Part shown: positions 27,601 through 39,020 of the stretch, in pieces
Numbering within the stretch: position 1 is the stretch's first letter
Layout of the letters: each line of letters begins with the position of its first letter
From: Dipteris shenzhenensis
Lineage: Eukaryota
Length of the DNA stretch: 64,000 bases
Direction: 5' to 3' (one strand)
Assembly (NCBI GenBank): GCA_047967505.1
Contig: CM106538.1
Made by a program: the position numbers and the translations under genes
Notes under the pieces: model-generated
Databases searched by the model: none
What the model saw: the letters and a program-made list of their open reading frames with translations, nothing else
What the model was told of the DNA's origin: nothing

Positions 27601-28400
27601 TGTTGCCCGTGAACTTTCCCTTTTGCTTCTCCTCCACCCTACTTCAAGCTCCAATGGGGTGGGGTTTGGGCTTGAGGGGGCATGGGGTTGATGAGTTTGT
27701 TAGGCTAATGTTGTGGATACATGGGTTGTATCCTCTTCCCCCCCTATGGGGATGATTTGGGAAAAGTTAGGGTTGGCGGTGAGGGCCTTGGCTAGATGGC
27801 CCACCTATCTCCATTATAGGCATTGTCTTGCCCCTTGCTCTTCAACGTCACCTTGGGGGTCCTGTACAATCAATTGGGCCTTCGGTAATCCATCATCTGA
27901 GAGTACCAAAGCTATTGTCATCACTAGGGCCTCCATTATTGTGCAGAAACAAGCTCCAATGGATTAGAAGATGGCTTGATAATCCTTTGGAAGATATCGA
28001 AAAGGAAGCATGATTAGGATGACCGCATGGGGACAAGAGTCCATATCATCCATAGTAAACCATTGAGCCAAGGGATGGAAAACACCAAATGTGGACCCAA
28101 GGAGAAGCACAAGAGTACCTTAGTGTTGATTCGATATAAGATCAATGGTAGTTGACCAAGAAAGCCACTGCTAATCGATTATTGAATTCTTGATCTCCTT
28201 CCATCTCGGTGGTGAATTCCACCCCACAGATTGATCTTGAAACTAAACACAATCTCGAGTGTCCACTCAACAATCCATGAAGGCCCTCATGCCTAAAACC
28301 ATGGTGAGCCAATTCCCACTAACATTGTGTATAAAGAAATCTTCCCAAACTTTTTAAGGTTACTTGCCTCAACTTTCAAATGGCATATTATAATTTTGCA
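24640..28400 (-). mobile_element. Degenerate L1-type LINE (ORF1, endonuclease and RT N-terminal remnants)
   Basis: Minus-strand fragments resembling the endonuclease C-terminus (LDYFYV...MSHHSLVVL) and early RT; many stops and frameshifts. Confidence 0.6.
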
Positions 28401-28466
28401 CTCAATCCAAGTGACTCCTTCAAAATGGAAGCAATATTTTGGCGAGTGTGCATAGAAATGGCAAGC

Positions 28467-28510
<44 letters not shown>

Positions 28511-30869
28511 CCTGTAATAGCTATGTTGCGTGTGTTTGGTGGGGGGAGGGTGCAAAAAAAGGAGGCAAACCTCGCCCCCCCACCCCCCTTCCCCACTTGA
28601 AAAAAACCAAACAAACAAAAGTCCTTTTGACCGAAAGTTCACTTTTTGAATGTAAAAAACCACGTGGCCATTTTGATAGCCAAAACCATTCCAACAAAAA
28701 AACCCTCTCTCAAAGGTAAGCATAACTCTATATGCACACACCAATTGCCACATAATTAAATCCTTTAACTTAGCAAAACAACATATCTTTAACAAAATAA
28801 CTTCATAAACAACTCCTTCTTTGGACTTTGGGGTTGAGGACAAAGGAATTTTTTTGGAAAGCATCTAGAAAATGTGATTCAAACACTAATGCCAAGTGAG
28901 CTTTCTTGAAAATTTTTAATCAATAAGTATATGTGGAAGTAAGCCTTTTATCAATGAGCCAACACACAAGAGGAATTTTGATAAGCCTCATTTAGAAAGA
29001 ACCATATTAGTAAGCCTCCAGTTTGTGAGCACCACTTTCAATCAAGGTAAGCCTCCAAAAGGGAGCACCTCCCATTAACAAAATGCATATGTTGATACCA
29101 TCATCATCAATAGTTTGGAAACCCTTCAATAGGAAGCCCCAGCATGCCATGCAAGCCTCTTCTAAAGAGCATTATAGTAAATAGTTGGGAATGACTAGAT
29201 GCTATCTCACTTTAAAGCTAGGTGCATATGATGTGCCTCTACAAAAAAATGACAACATCATAAGATATGGAATAAGAGGAGTTTGCAAGTTTTAGTCAAG
29301 AATTAGAGTTTAGAATTATATGGGAAGATTACAATCAAAAGAATTGGAACAAGAGGACTTTTCATGTTTCGATTAAGAATTAGAGTTTGATAATATACGG
29401 GAAGAATTTTCACAAGAAACTTTGGCACAACAATTAGACACTACGAGGCACCAGCAACCGTCATTGAAGATCCACATCTACATTAAATGTCAAAAGAGAT
29501 ATTACACGTCCTTATGCAAAGCACCCAAGTTTCTTTTCACTCAAACATCTTCAAAAGAATTAAGAAATTCTAAAATTATAGCAATGGGATCCACATCAAA
29601 CATTGATTCCAATTCAGACTTAAAGAAGTCAAAGAAGCTGCCAACATTGCACCAATATGCTATTCAATCATATCCTTCAAATCATAAAAATCTAAAAGAA
29701 GCGAAAGATATATTAATACAAGTGATGATTTTCAAAGGAAATCCCTCATATAATGATTATGTTGATAATTCAATATTTGATCATTAATGCAGGTGTTCCA
29801 ATCCAAAGTCATAATTTGGCACCAATAATAGTGCAATTTTGGTATAAAATTCGAGAATATCAACAAGACAATGATGTAGATATTGTGACACTTAAATTTG
29901 ACCTTTTACTTTGTAACGTTCTCACTTTTATGTATGTGTGATAAGATTATGGTGGAAGACATGAGGCCCATTTCTTTATATGACACATTCTTCCTATCTC
30001 ACATCATACCAAAGTATCTATCATTTATACACATAGTATAATGATTCATTTTGCGCCTTGCCCTGTACATGTATCCATCGTTGGCTCCTGTGCCATTGCC
30101 AACCGTTGCTAGCACCTACCTCACACATCACACACTTCACGCCCTCCATCCGTAGATAGAGAGAGAGGAGAGATAGATACAGAGAGTGAGGAGAGTGAGG
30201 AGAGATAAAGAGAGAGAGTGAGGAGAGTAGATAGAGGTAGAGAGAGAGTTAATATAGAAACTAACCCTTAGGTTAGTCAACCTAATGATAGTACATTAGG
30301 CTAGGTTAGGTCTCTTTAAAAAACCCTCCACCCCCCAAAAAAAGAGTCCCTTATTAAAAAATTAACCATTTTTTGTCCTAATTTAAGGCCCTTTTTCTTG
30401 GTCATTTGAATTGCAAATTCCACACAATGAAAGAGCATGTTTTGCAAAAAAATTCCACTACTTTGAGTCTAGTTTCTTACATCATTTTGAAGGTCAATCA
30501 TTGCTCCATTTTGAGGCACACTTCAATAGAAAACTGATCATAACTTTGCCAAAACGTACCAGAATTGCTTGCAATCTTCACGAACATGATAAGCCATTTG
30601 CAAATAATATATCAGCATAGATTTTTAGGATTATTAAGCAACTTTGTCAATGTATTACTCCAAGGGCAACACATTATCGACAAATTGGCATTGTTTAAAA
30701 AGGACATCATCAATTGGTGCAATTCAACATCCCACAATGGAACCCATATGGGATCAACTCCTAAAGGGCTACCTCAAATACATAGATATGTGTACCAACA
30801 ATATGATGGACCATTTGGAGTCAATTCCATAAGAACATGACACACAACAAGATTCACTTGTATACCTAC

Positions 30870-32310
30870 CTATGTTCTCAGGTAGAGGTAATCCCAAAGA
30901 ATTCATTGCTTTGTTTGAGTACAAATGGTTAGGTGATATCTCAAGGTAGGAGGAAAATTATTTGAACATATTCCCACAAGCTCTCATAGGAGAACCGTTT
31001 GATTAGTACTACAAAATGGATGTGGAAACACAAAGCTCATGGCCCATGCTATGACAATATTTGTAGTCACTCATAGACTAATAATGGATCTCCATCAGAG
31101 TGTGTCATCCACAAATTTTGGCAATCACGAAAGATTAGACAAAGGGATTCAAAAACCGCATTTCCAAGGGTGGTTCAAAAGAATTGGGATATAGTGATAG
31201 ATTACTTCTACAAGCTTAAAAATACTATCATAGAGAGAAATCTGTCACTTATAGAGCACCATTTATTCAAAAGTTTTGTCAAAGGCTTGCATGAAGAAAT
31301 TAAGAGCAATTGGATTACTGTAACTATAAAACTATATCAAAAGTATATGATGCCGCAATAATGATTGAAGAATCAATTGAGAAGGATCGGAAAAGGATTG
31401 AAGCAATATTAGAAAGGCAAGTTTCCAAATTGAATAATGACACAAGTGAAGGCACTCTTAACTCCACTGATGCACATAGTGTAAAGCTTATAGAATCATC
31501 AAACACACTAGGCAATAATGAGGGTAATTTGGCAATGGTTTCAAGAGAAACCACTTTCACTAACATGTGCACAATGGAAAGTCAAATAACAAGGAAAAAG
31601 GGAAAAAAGAAGAAAGGAGCTAAGAGAGGTAATGTGAATGTGCAATCAATTAATGACCCAAAACCAACCCTTACAAAAGTAGATTGCACAAAGAGGGAAG
31701 AAATCCAAAGCATTACACTAGAAGGTTGTAACACATGTGTCTTGGGTGATGCAAGCCCAAAGAGTGGCATTCACGAACATCTCAGTTACTTGGGCTCTTC
31801 AAGTACGACACTTCTGCATGAAAAGGATGTGCAAAGCATCCTCTGTGATAAATCTCAAATCTAGGTGCCCACCATGGAAGAAGAATTACATGTTGGCCAT
31901 GTACCAAAGGATCCCCCAAAGACAACTACAAAGGTACAACAGTCGGATCCAGTCTCTTATCAAAACCCTCTAAGACCTATTTTTGATACATTCAAGAGGG
32001 AAGAACAAGAGAGTATAGGCCCACCACAAGATCTGAAACAACTCAAGCTATTTTGCAAGAGCATGTTCAACTAATGCACGAATTCCAAAATACTTGGCAT
32101 CAACAGTTGACATAGCTCAAGCAACAGCTACAACAAGAGCAGAATCAAAAGAATAAACTTAGTTCATGCCTGGTAGAGCAAAATAATGAGATAAAGGACT
32201 TAAAAGAAGAGCTCAATAAACTCAAACAAGTGCTAGCGATTGATACTAACCCATGTCAAAGATCTACACAGTTTGACAGAATTCAAAAGGGAGAGTCAAG
32301 AATATCAAGA
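30870..32310 (+). pseudogene. Retrotransposon gag-like ORF remnant without adjacent pol
   Basis: MFSGRGNPKEFIALFE...IFPQALIGEPFD*YY...SW, then FVKGLHEEIK...ISKVYDAAIMIEE (retrotransposon gag-like), then a low-complexity/coiled-coil tail. Confidence 0.55.
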
Positions 32311-32698
32311 TGACACAAAGACTCTTGCCTGGCAAGGGTCAATGCTGACTCTGCTACTAATGTGGCACTGGTTGAACTAACCCAAGGTCAGATTGACCTC
32401 TAACCATGGTTTGATTGACTAACCCCAAGGTCTATCTAACTAAACCCAAGGTGTGGTGATGTATAAGGATGGTGTGGCTATGGGATAAGCTGATGATGTG
32501 ACTGATTTGACACATGGCAATTAGGATAAGGCCTAATCCTCCTCACCCTCCATGCCTGTTGGTCTGCCCCCCTTTCCTCCTCTTCAACTACTGGTCCTCC
32601 CTCCCCTATCCCTCCTCCTCCTCGCCCTCCCTCTTCTTGCGTGTTGCTCCTTCAAGCCTGCATCTCCACACCTTCTCCTTCTCTACACTCCTTTAGTC

Positions 32699-35594
32699 AT
32701 GGCACCATTCGAGGATGTCTCCAACAAGTACCAGGTTCACTTAGAGTTGGAGGTTGAATATGCAAGCACACATAGTCTAGGATTGAGGAGATCTTCCAAA
32801 ATCCATAGTCTTCGTTTGCAAGGAAATAAGCATCTCAACCTTTGAGTAGAAGGATCCTTGTATCCTTTAGATCCTGCCGACGAAAAGAGCCCTCCTTTCC
32901 ATACAATGCATGAACTAGTTTGGTTTGTTGGAAATGGACGTGCGGGGTTGCTTGGTTATTGCAATCGGTTAAACAATGCTCATTCAATGGCTATGCAAGC
33001 AAGTGAGATGTGCAGAGCCCAAGCAGAGATGCTAGCACATTTAGGAAATAGCACCATTGTTGCAATGCATAACTCTATGCAGGATCTTCAAAGGAAGAAC
33101 CGAGATCTTCATGATAAAGCCAAAGCATTGGACTTGGAGCGACATAAATTAGAAGAGTCGCTCTGTAAGCTAGCTGAGTCCAAAAAAGGCTTGGAAAGAT
33201 CTATATACAATCAAGTTCGATGAGCCGTAGAGAAGGAACGAGAGAAGGCAGAAGAACGAGTGCAAAAGATGAAAGAAACACCTTTGGGATTGAAGGAGAG
33301 GAAAAGAAGGTACTTACATAACATCGATGCATTGGCACCCACTGGTGGTGCTAGAAAGAGGAGAGTCCGGGCTACAAGGTTGGTTATCAAATGTTCCAAT
33401 GAGATTACACTCTTTTGTGCTACACTATTTGTGACTAAGTTTTCATTGTGTTCTTCTTTAGGAACTTCATGGAAGATGTGATGGGAAGAACGGACGGGGA
33501 TGATATTAACTGTTCATATGCTCTAGCAAGTTTATTGAAGTCAAGCGATGTCATTGGGATACTAAGGGACCCAAGACACAAGCGCCTACGTGTGCAAGTT
33601 GCTGAAGAGGTGATGAAGGACTTCAAGGATATTGTGGATGCAAAGGAGATGCTTGTAGCTTGTGATGAGCTTGTGATATTGCCGGTGTAAGTCGTGAAGC
33701 TTACACATCTATTTTCAAAAATTTCAAGTCTACTATTTTGGGAAAGTATAAGAAGTCTACAGTGCCCCTACCCACACCTTGGTCTAAGAGACGTTCACGG
33801 CGAGAAACAAACCAATGTGCAAGAGAAATGCTTGGAGGGTACCATTGCGTAAGGGGCACAATGACTTGGAAGAGTAAAAAGAAATCTGGCTTGCAAACCT
33901 TTGAGATGAATGCTTTCAACAATGTCTACTTAGATGTTGAGAAACTGCAACAAGCAATGGTCAAATTCTATGGCATGAAAGAAGATGGTAAGAGGAAATC
34001 CATTATAGCATTGCACTTTACTAGTTCATTTCCTATATCATGTTTATCCTAACAATTTTTCTCTTTTGTTGTACAGATTGCAATGGAAAGCTCATATTTG
34101 TCATCAAAATGGATGAAGCTCAATTGGTGAAAGAGCACAAGTTAGAGAGAGTCAGCATCTGCATTATGAATAAAGCCTTAGCCTTTGTTCAAGGGGACGA
34201 AGAAGTAGAGCAAGATTTCTCAGTGCAATTAGAGAAAGATATATGGTGGCTTGCAGCATTTGAGACTCCAAAAGAGTGCCATGAGACATTGAAGTGTGTT
34301 CTAGATAGAATAGGAATCCCATCGATGATCTGAAGACAAGAGGAAGGGCAAACATTGATAGTCGATGGCCATGGAACCTTTCAAGTTGAATGGCATCTTG
34401 CTGGTGATTTGAAAACCCTCAACTTCTTGCATGGTTGTGATACAGGGGAAAATGCAATGAACACATGCCTTTATTGCGTGTGTTCGCAATGTAAGCAAAA
34501 GGCTGGCTTACAATGGGAGAATGGCATTCTATCTTGTAGCCAAACGCAAGCTCCTAATCACGACAAGAAGGATCCAAAGTGGGATCCCATCTTGCCCATC
34601 CCACTTGAGAGAGTACACATATGTACTTTACATGCAAAACTGCGCGTACTTGATAAGTTGTTGTATTTGCATCTTGTTTATGCTTGGAATTTAATTCCGC
34701 AAGAAGTATCCACACGGTGCATTGCAAAAGCTGAGGAGTTGCTGTTAGAGATGGGATTTCGTGGAGGACATGTCAAACTTAAGGAGGATAAGAAAATGTC
34801 TGGGGCACAAACATACACTATCTCAAAGTAGTTTGGGTTGGGAATACTGGAAGCATTGTGTGAATGCACGACCAATAAGGCTTCTCATCCTCAAGTAGCA
34901 ACTTTGAGAGCTAAAGTATGGACAAAGGTAGATGCATTGATAAAATTGCTTCGCCAAGTTCAAATCGATGAGATGTATTATGAAAGGTTTAGGATGGCTG
35001 TGAAAGAGTTTATGCAATTAATGGTGAAAGCATGGGGGGAGTCGCACATTATGCATTACATGGTAATCTTGGCACCGTCGTAATATTTAGCACTTGCTTT
35101 ATAAACAGTTTTTGTTGCTGAAATGATTCTCATCATGTTTGCAGCATATTCTCTATGCACACGGACCATGGTTTGTACAAAATTGGGGTCCTTTATCCAT
35201 TTGGAATACACAAGGCATGGAGAAGTCACACTATAGAGCCAAGGCAACCTACTTCAAGAAATCAAGGCATGGTGGTGGTGTCACTCGTAGCAATGCATTG
35301 CATGAGATGTTCAACTAGTTTTTTAGATGTTTACTAGGAAGGACTTTGAAGTCTGAAAAGGCAAAGGCATCAGAACTTGCAAAAGCAATTCAAATTGTAT
35401 CAAAGAATAGAAGACATAGTGCTTGGAAAGCATCCATAGGGAGTCGAGGAGTCGCACGTTGGTTGCAAGCTAGAGTGAGAGAAGGGAGTAGATGGGTCCA
35501 ACCACCAACAGAAGCTGTATACAAATATGAAATAAATATATTGCTTATTTTGACCACAATTTGTGTACTCTCTTTAATATCTTGCTTATTTTGA
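32699..35594 (+). pseudogene. RAG1/Transib-like DDE transposase, 4 exons (introns 33379-33461, 33988-34076, 35063-35144), inactivated
   Basis: Spliced product has IKMD (D 34112), KECHETL (cf. RAG1 ESDHETL), AGDLK (D 34406), CLYC (34466-34477), ICTLHAKLR, HYM|HILYAHGP (HxxxxH) and GPLSIWNTQGMEKSH (E 35220; cf. RAG1 GSIGAWASEGNESGN). All three introns are GT..AG with consistent phase. Several in-frame stops and a frameshift near 33685. Exact 3' end uncertain. Confidence 0.85.
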
Positions 35595-35629
35595 CTACAA
35601 TTTTTATACTTACACGACGTTGGGAAAAG

Positions 35630-35835
35630 TGGGGACATGGTGAAGGAGGGGGGAGAGAAGGAAGGGGCATGGGGCGGGGCAAGGGGAGGGGTGGAGTGGT
35701 AGCAAGGGTGGGGGGAGGGGGGGTATGGGGAAGGGTGATGGGTGTGGGCAGGGCAAGTAGGGGGAGGGCAATGGGGGGGGGAGGGCGACAAGGGTGGGGG
35801 GGGTTGGAGGGGTTAGGGTGGAGGAAAGGGGCACG
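35630..35835 (+). repeat. G-run-rich spacer (G-quadruplex-prone) between transposase and H3 gene
   Basis: Many G3-G8 runs separated by short loops. Confidence 0.7.
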
Positions 35836-35838
35836 ATG

Positions 35839-35910
35839 AAACCCTAAATGTAATTAAAAGGGATGTCAAAACATGATGTGCCTATATAAAACGTTTGAAA
35901 AAAACCCTAA
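35839..35910 (+). promoter_or_regulatory. Core promoter of the H3-like gene: TATA box flanked by two telo-boxes
   Basis: AAACCCTA at 35839 and 35902; cctatataaa at 35881-35890; ATG at 35924. Confidence 0.65.
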
Positions 35911-35923
35911 CTCTCATTATTCA

Positions 35924-36945
35924 ATGGCAAGAGTGAAGAACACTGCTAGACCCACTGGACGCCGCCTCCACCCTTCCTCCTCTAGCTCCACCACCTCCAT
36001 GGCATTTGTGCACACGAACCTACTCGAGTCCAATGGTGCCTCCCCCGACTCTCGTGAGTTGTCCCCCAACTCTCGTGAGGTCTCCCAGGACTCTCGTGAG
36101 CCCTCCCCCAACTCTCTTGAGTATGAGCCTTCCCCTCAGCCTTCCCCCCAGCCTTCCCCTCAACCTTCCCCTCAGCATGAGCCCCAAGAGCATGAGCCTT
36201 CCCCTCAGCCTTTCCCCTAGCCTTCCCCTCAGCGTCAGCCTTCCCCCCAGCCTTCCCCTCAGCACCAGCCTTCCCCTCAACCTCAACCTCAGCCTGACCC
36301 TCAACCTTCCCCTCAACCTTCCCCTTGGCCTTCCTGTCCCCATGAGAGCCCTCTCCCAATCGAACAAAATGTGTTCAATAACCTCCCGAACATAGAGAGG
36401 CTTCCTGAGGGCCAATAAACTGCCAGGAAGAGAACCATCTTCCCTCTCCCGGTTATACAGTCCATTGCAAAGATGATCCATGTGCCCATGAGGACGGTAA
36501 AGCAGACGCTGAGGAAGCCCCATCCCAAAGAAAGTCAAAGCTCAAGACGTCAGCGAGAGGAGGACTCGGAGGAGGATCAATGCAGACAAGAGCAGCAAAA
36601 GAAGTTTATGGTAGACAAGAGGTCATGGGCTCATGTTTGGGTACCTATAAGGACCGCACCAAGAGTTAGGAAGCCGTACAGAGCAAAGCTAGGAGCGCGG
36701 GCCCTGAGGGAGATCAGGCAAATGCAGAAGACCATTGACAACTTGATCCTGCGTTCCAACGTGTGGTATGGGAGATAGCACAGGGGTACAAGGATGACAT
36801 GCGATTCAGCACAGGAGCTATGAGGGCACTCCAGGAGGCTACGGAGCAAGTGACCACCGCTCTATTCGAGGATGCCAACTTGTGTGCCATCCATGCAAAG
36901 CGCGTCATGGTCATGGACATGACTGCAGTAACCAACCATTTTAAT
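35924..36945 (+). pseudogene. Histone H3 variant with long Pro/Ser/Gln-rich N-terminal tail
   Basis: N-terminus MARVKNTAR; (PSPQ)n repeats; histone fold [26 protein letters not shown] / [52 protein letters not shown]; in-frame stops at 36218 and 36416, and a small frameshifting deletion at ~36750. Confidence 0.9.
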
Positions 36946-37344
36946 GTAAGTTTTGAATTCTATCAAATTCTGAAGGAATTTCACTGTCGCGCAGAAGAGA
37001 AAAGTATTCGGCACGTCGCCAGGACCCCATTCTATGCCCAAATTTGTGCCGTGGCAGGTTTTGGGCTTTCTGGGGTCCTGGCAATGGTGAAATTCCTTTA
37101 GGATTTGACAGAAATGAACTTTTGATACCCAAAATTGGTGAAAATGATGCTAAATTGGCTAAAAATGTATTAAATTAACACAATTAAAATGATGGAGAAA
37201 AACTATCATCAAAGACTTAAACAAAACACAATGGAATTCATGACGACCAATGACAACTTAAAACAAATAATAAAGACATGTAGTCATGTATCCATTAAAA
37301 TATCCATTTAAATATATGTTTATATATACAAAAGGCCTCACAGG

Positions 37345-38744
37345 CTATCTTTCTTCTTGGCTAGTTCGAGTACATTGAGAATAGGGGTCTTTGAATCTAG
37401 TCGCAACAGCACTAACATCCTCCTCTCCTACTGCCAAAGACATAGCCATTGCCGTCAATGCACTGCCATGAATGTTCGATCCAAAAGCATTGATAGCAGC
37501 TAGGCGGTGTACCAAAATGACTTTGTCGGTATTCTGAGTAATGTTGGAGTATCTGATAGCGCACGACAAAGCCTTGCACTTCAGCAGCTTCGAAGGACCT
37601 CGAGGAGAAAATTTGTTGTGAAAGATCACGATATGCTCTGCGACTTTGCCAAGGTAATGGGCCAAAGAATGATCTCGCCCAAATGCGTTGTGAACATTAC
37701 CCCGTCAAGATGAGAAATCATCAAGCTCAAATGCATCTTGCAACAATTCAATAAACATTAGAAGACTGACAAAACAAATTATACTAAAAGAACATCAAAA
37801 TAAAAAATATTGTTCGAACTTACTACTACAACGTCGTCGGCTTCTATCCCTTCCTCATTTGCAATGTTGATGGAACCAGGTGCTGTGTGATGTTCCATTT
37901 GGGAGGTGGACGCTTTCTCCTAACCTGTGTTGGAGGTGGAAGCTTTTGCATGAGAGGGTTGTGCATTGTATACGGACATGTCTGCATCCCTCATTGAAAC
38001 CAGCATCGTCAAGAGAAAGTCTTCCATTGTATGGTCTTCGGTACCTAAAACCCTAGGATCTTTGACACTTGTGTCAACATCGAACCCCGATAGGACTTCG
38101 AGTGCCTCATCCTCTTGTAGTCCAAAAAGAATCTCTATGTCATGGAGGAATATGTACTCTTCTCCATCAATGATGAGGAGGGACAAGGACCATAATTCTG
38201 AGTCTGAATCAGTGGTCTCCGATGCAAATTCTTGCTTACTGGGGGCTCTTCAAGTAGGCTCAATGCTTGAGCTGCTTCCATCTCCTCTATTGGATCATCA
38301 AGACTCTCTTCCATGTAGATGTCCGAGTCTAGTCTAGTGACCAGATCAGCAGTTCTACTGGAGGGGGTGCTAGACGATGAGGCTTCTTCCTCTAAATTTC
38401 CTTCTTGCGTTTAGGATGTCTTGAACTTCGACTGTCCTAAACCCTTCGTCTATAAGGTTGTCACAAAAGCGAGCCAAGCACTTTACAAACTTGGGTTCCT
38501 CTACGAACAGATACTTTATGTAATCTATGGGAACCCATCTCTTTGAAGAGTGGTCAAGTGTATAGGCAAAATTTGAGAAATTATCTTGCATGTAAAGGAT
38601 GAGATCTAAGAAATCATCCTTGGCTCGCATATATGTGCCTAGGACATCTAAAGTCCTATCAAACACTAAAAATAGCTCTTCCTCATGATCTGCAAATGCA
38701 GTTCATGAGATGAAGTCATGGAACGCAGTTCTAGTTGAATCCAT
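37345..38744 (-). pseudogene. Unknown-function gene remnant within the transposase cluster
   Basis: ATG at 38744 in frame with ORF 38370-38666; successive minus-strand coding-like ORFs 37920-38186 and 37345-37665; putative intron ~37737-37823; TATA-like 38845-38854 and telo-box 38857-38864 upstream. Confidence 0.55.
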
Positions 38745-39020
38745 GGCAAATAGCAGTTGGAGGGAGTAACTTCTGAGGACGGGAGTTTCTATGGCTCTCT
38801 AAATGTGACAGTGAGAATGTGATGTAAAAAGGGCTCTTACCCCTTAATATATATCAAAACCCTAAAAATTAAAATTAATCATAAATTCCCCAAATTTTTT
38901 GGAAAACATTTACCATGAACTGAAAGGAGAAAACATTAAAAGAAATAACATTTTATTTAATTGTCCATCATCTTTTAAAGCAATAACTAGGATTTGACAA
39001 ACAACAAATTAAATGCTGCA

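Noticed and set aside
32521-32560. Left TIR with TAAGG target duplication matching 41988-41992
   Set aside because: TAAGG occurs at 32527-32531, but the following sequence (cctaatcctcc) does not match CACTAGGGACC; likely chance.
35982-36538. Minus-strand Gly/Arg/Glu-rich ORFs
   Set aside because: Antisense shadows of the PSPQ repeat in the H3-like tail.
36670-36920. H3-like gene as the host centromeric histone CenH3
   Set aside because: Loop 1 is not extended and the canonical FQR and RF residues are kept; it is disabled and embedded in a transposase cluster. Needs phylogeny to exclude fully.
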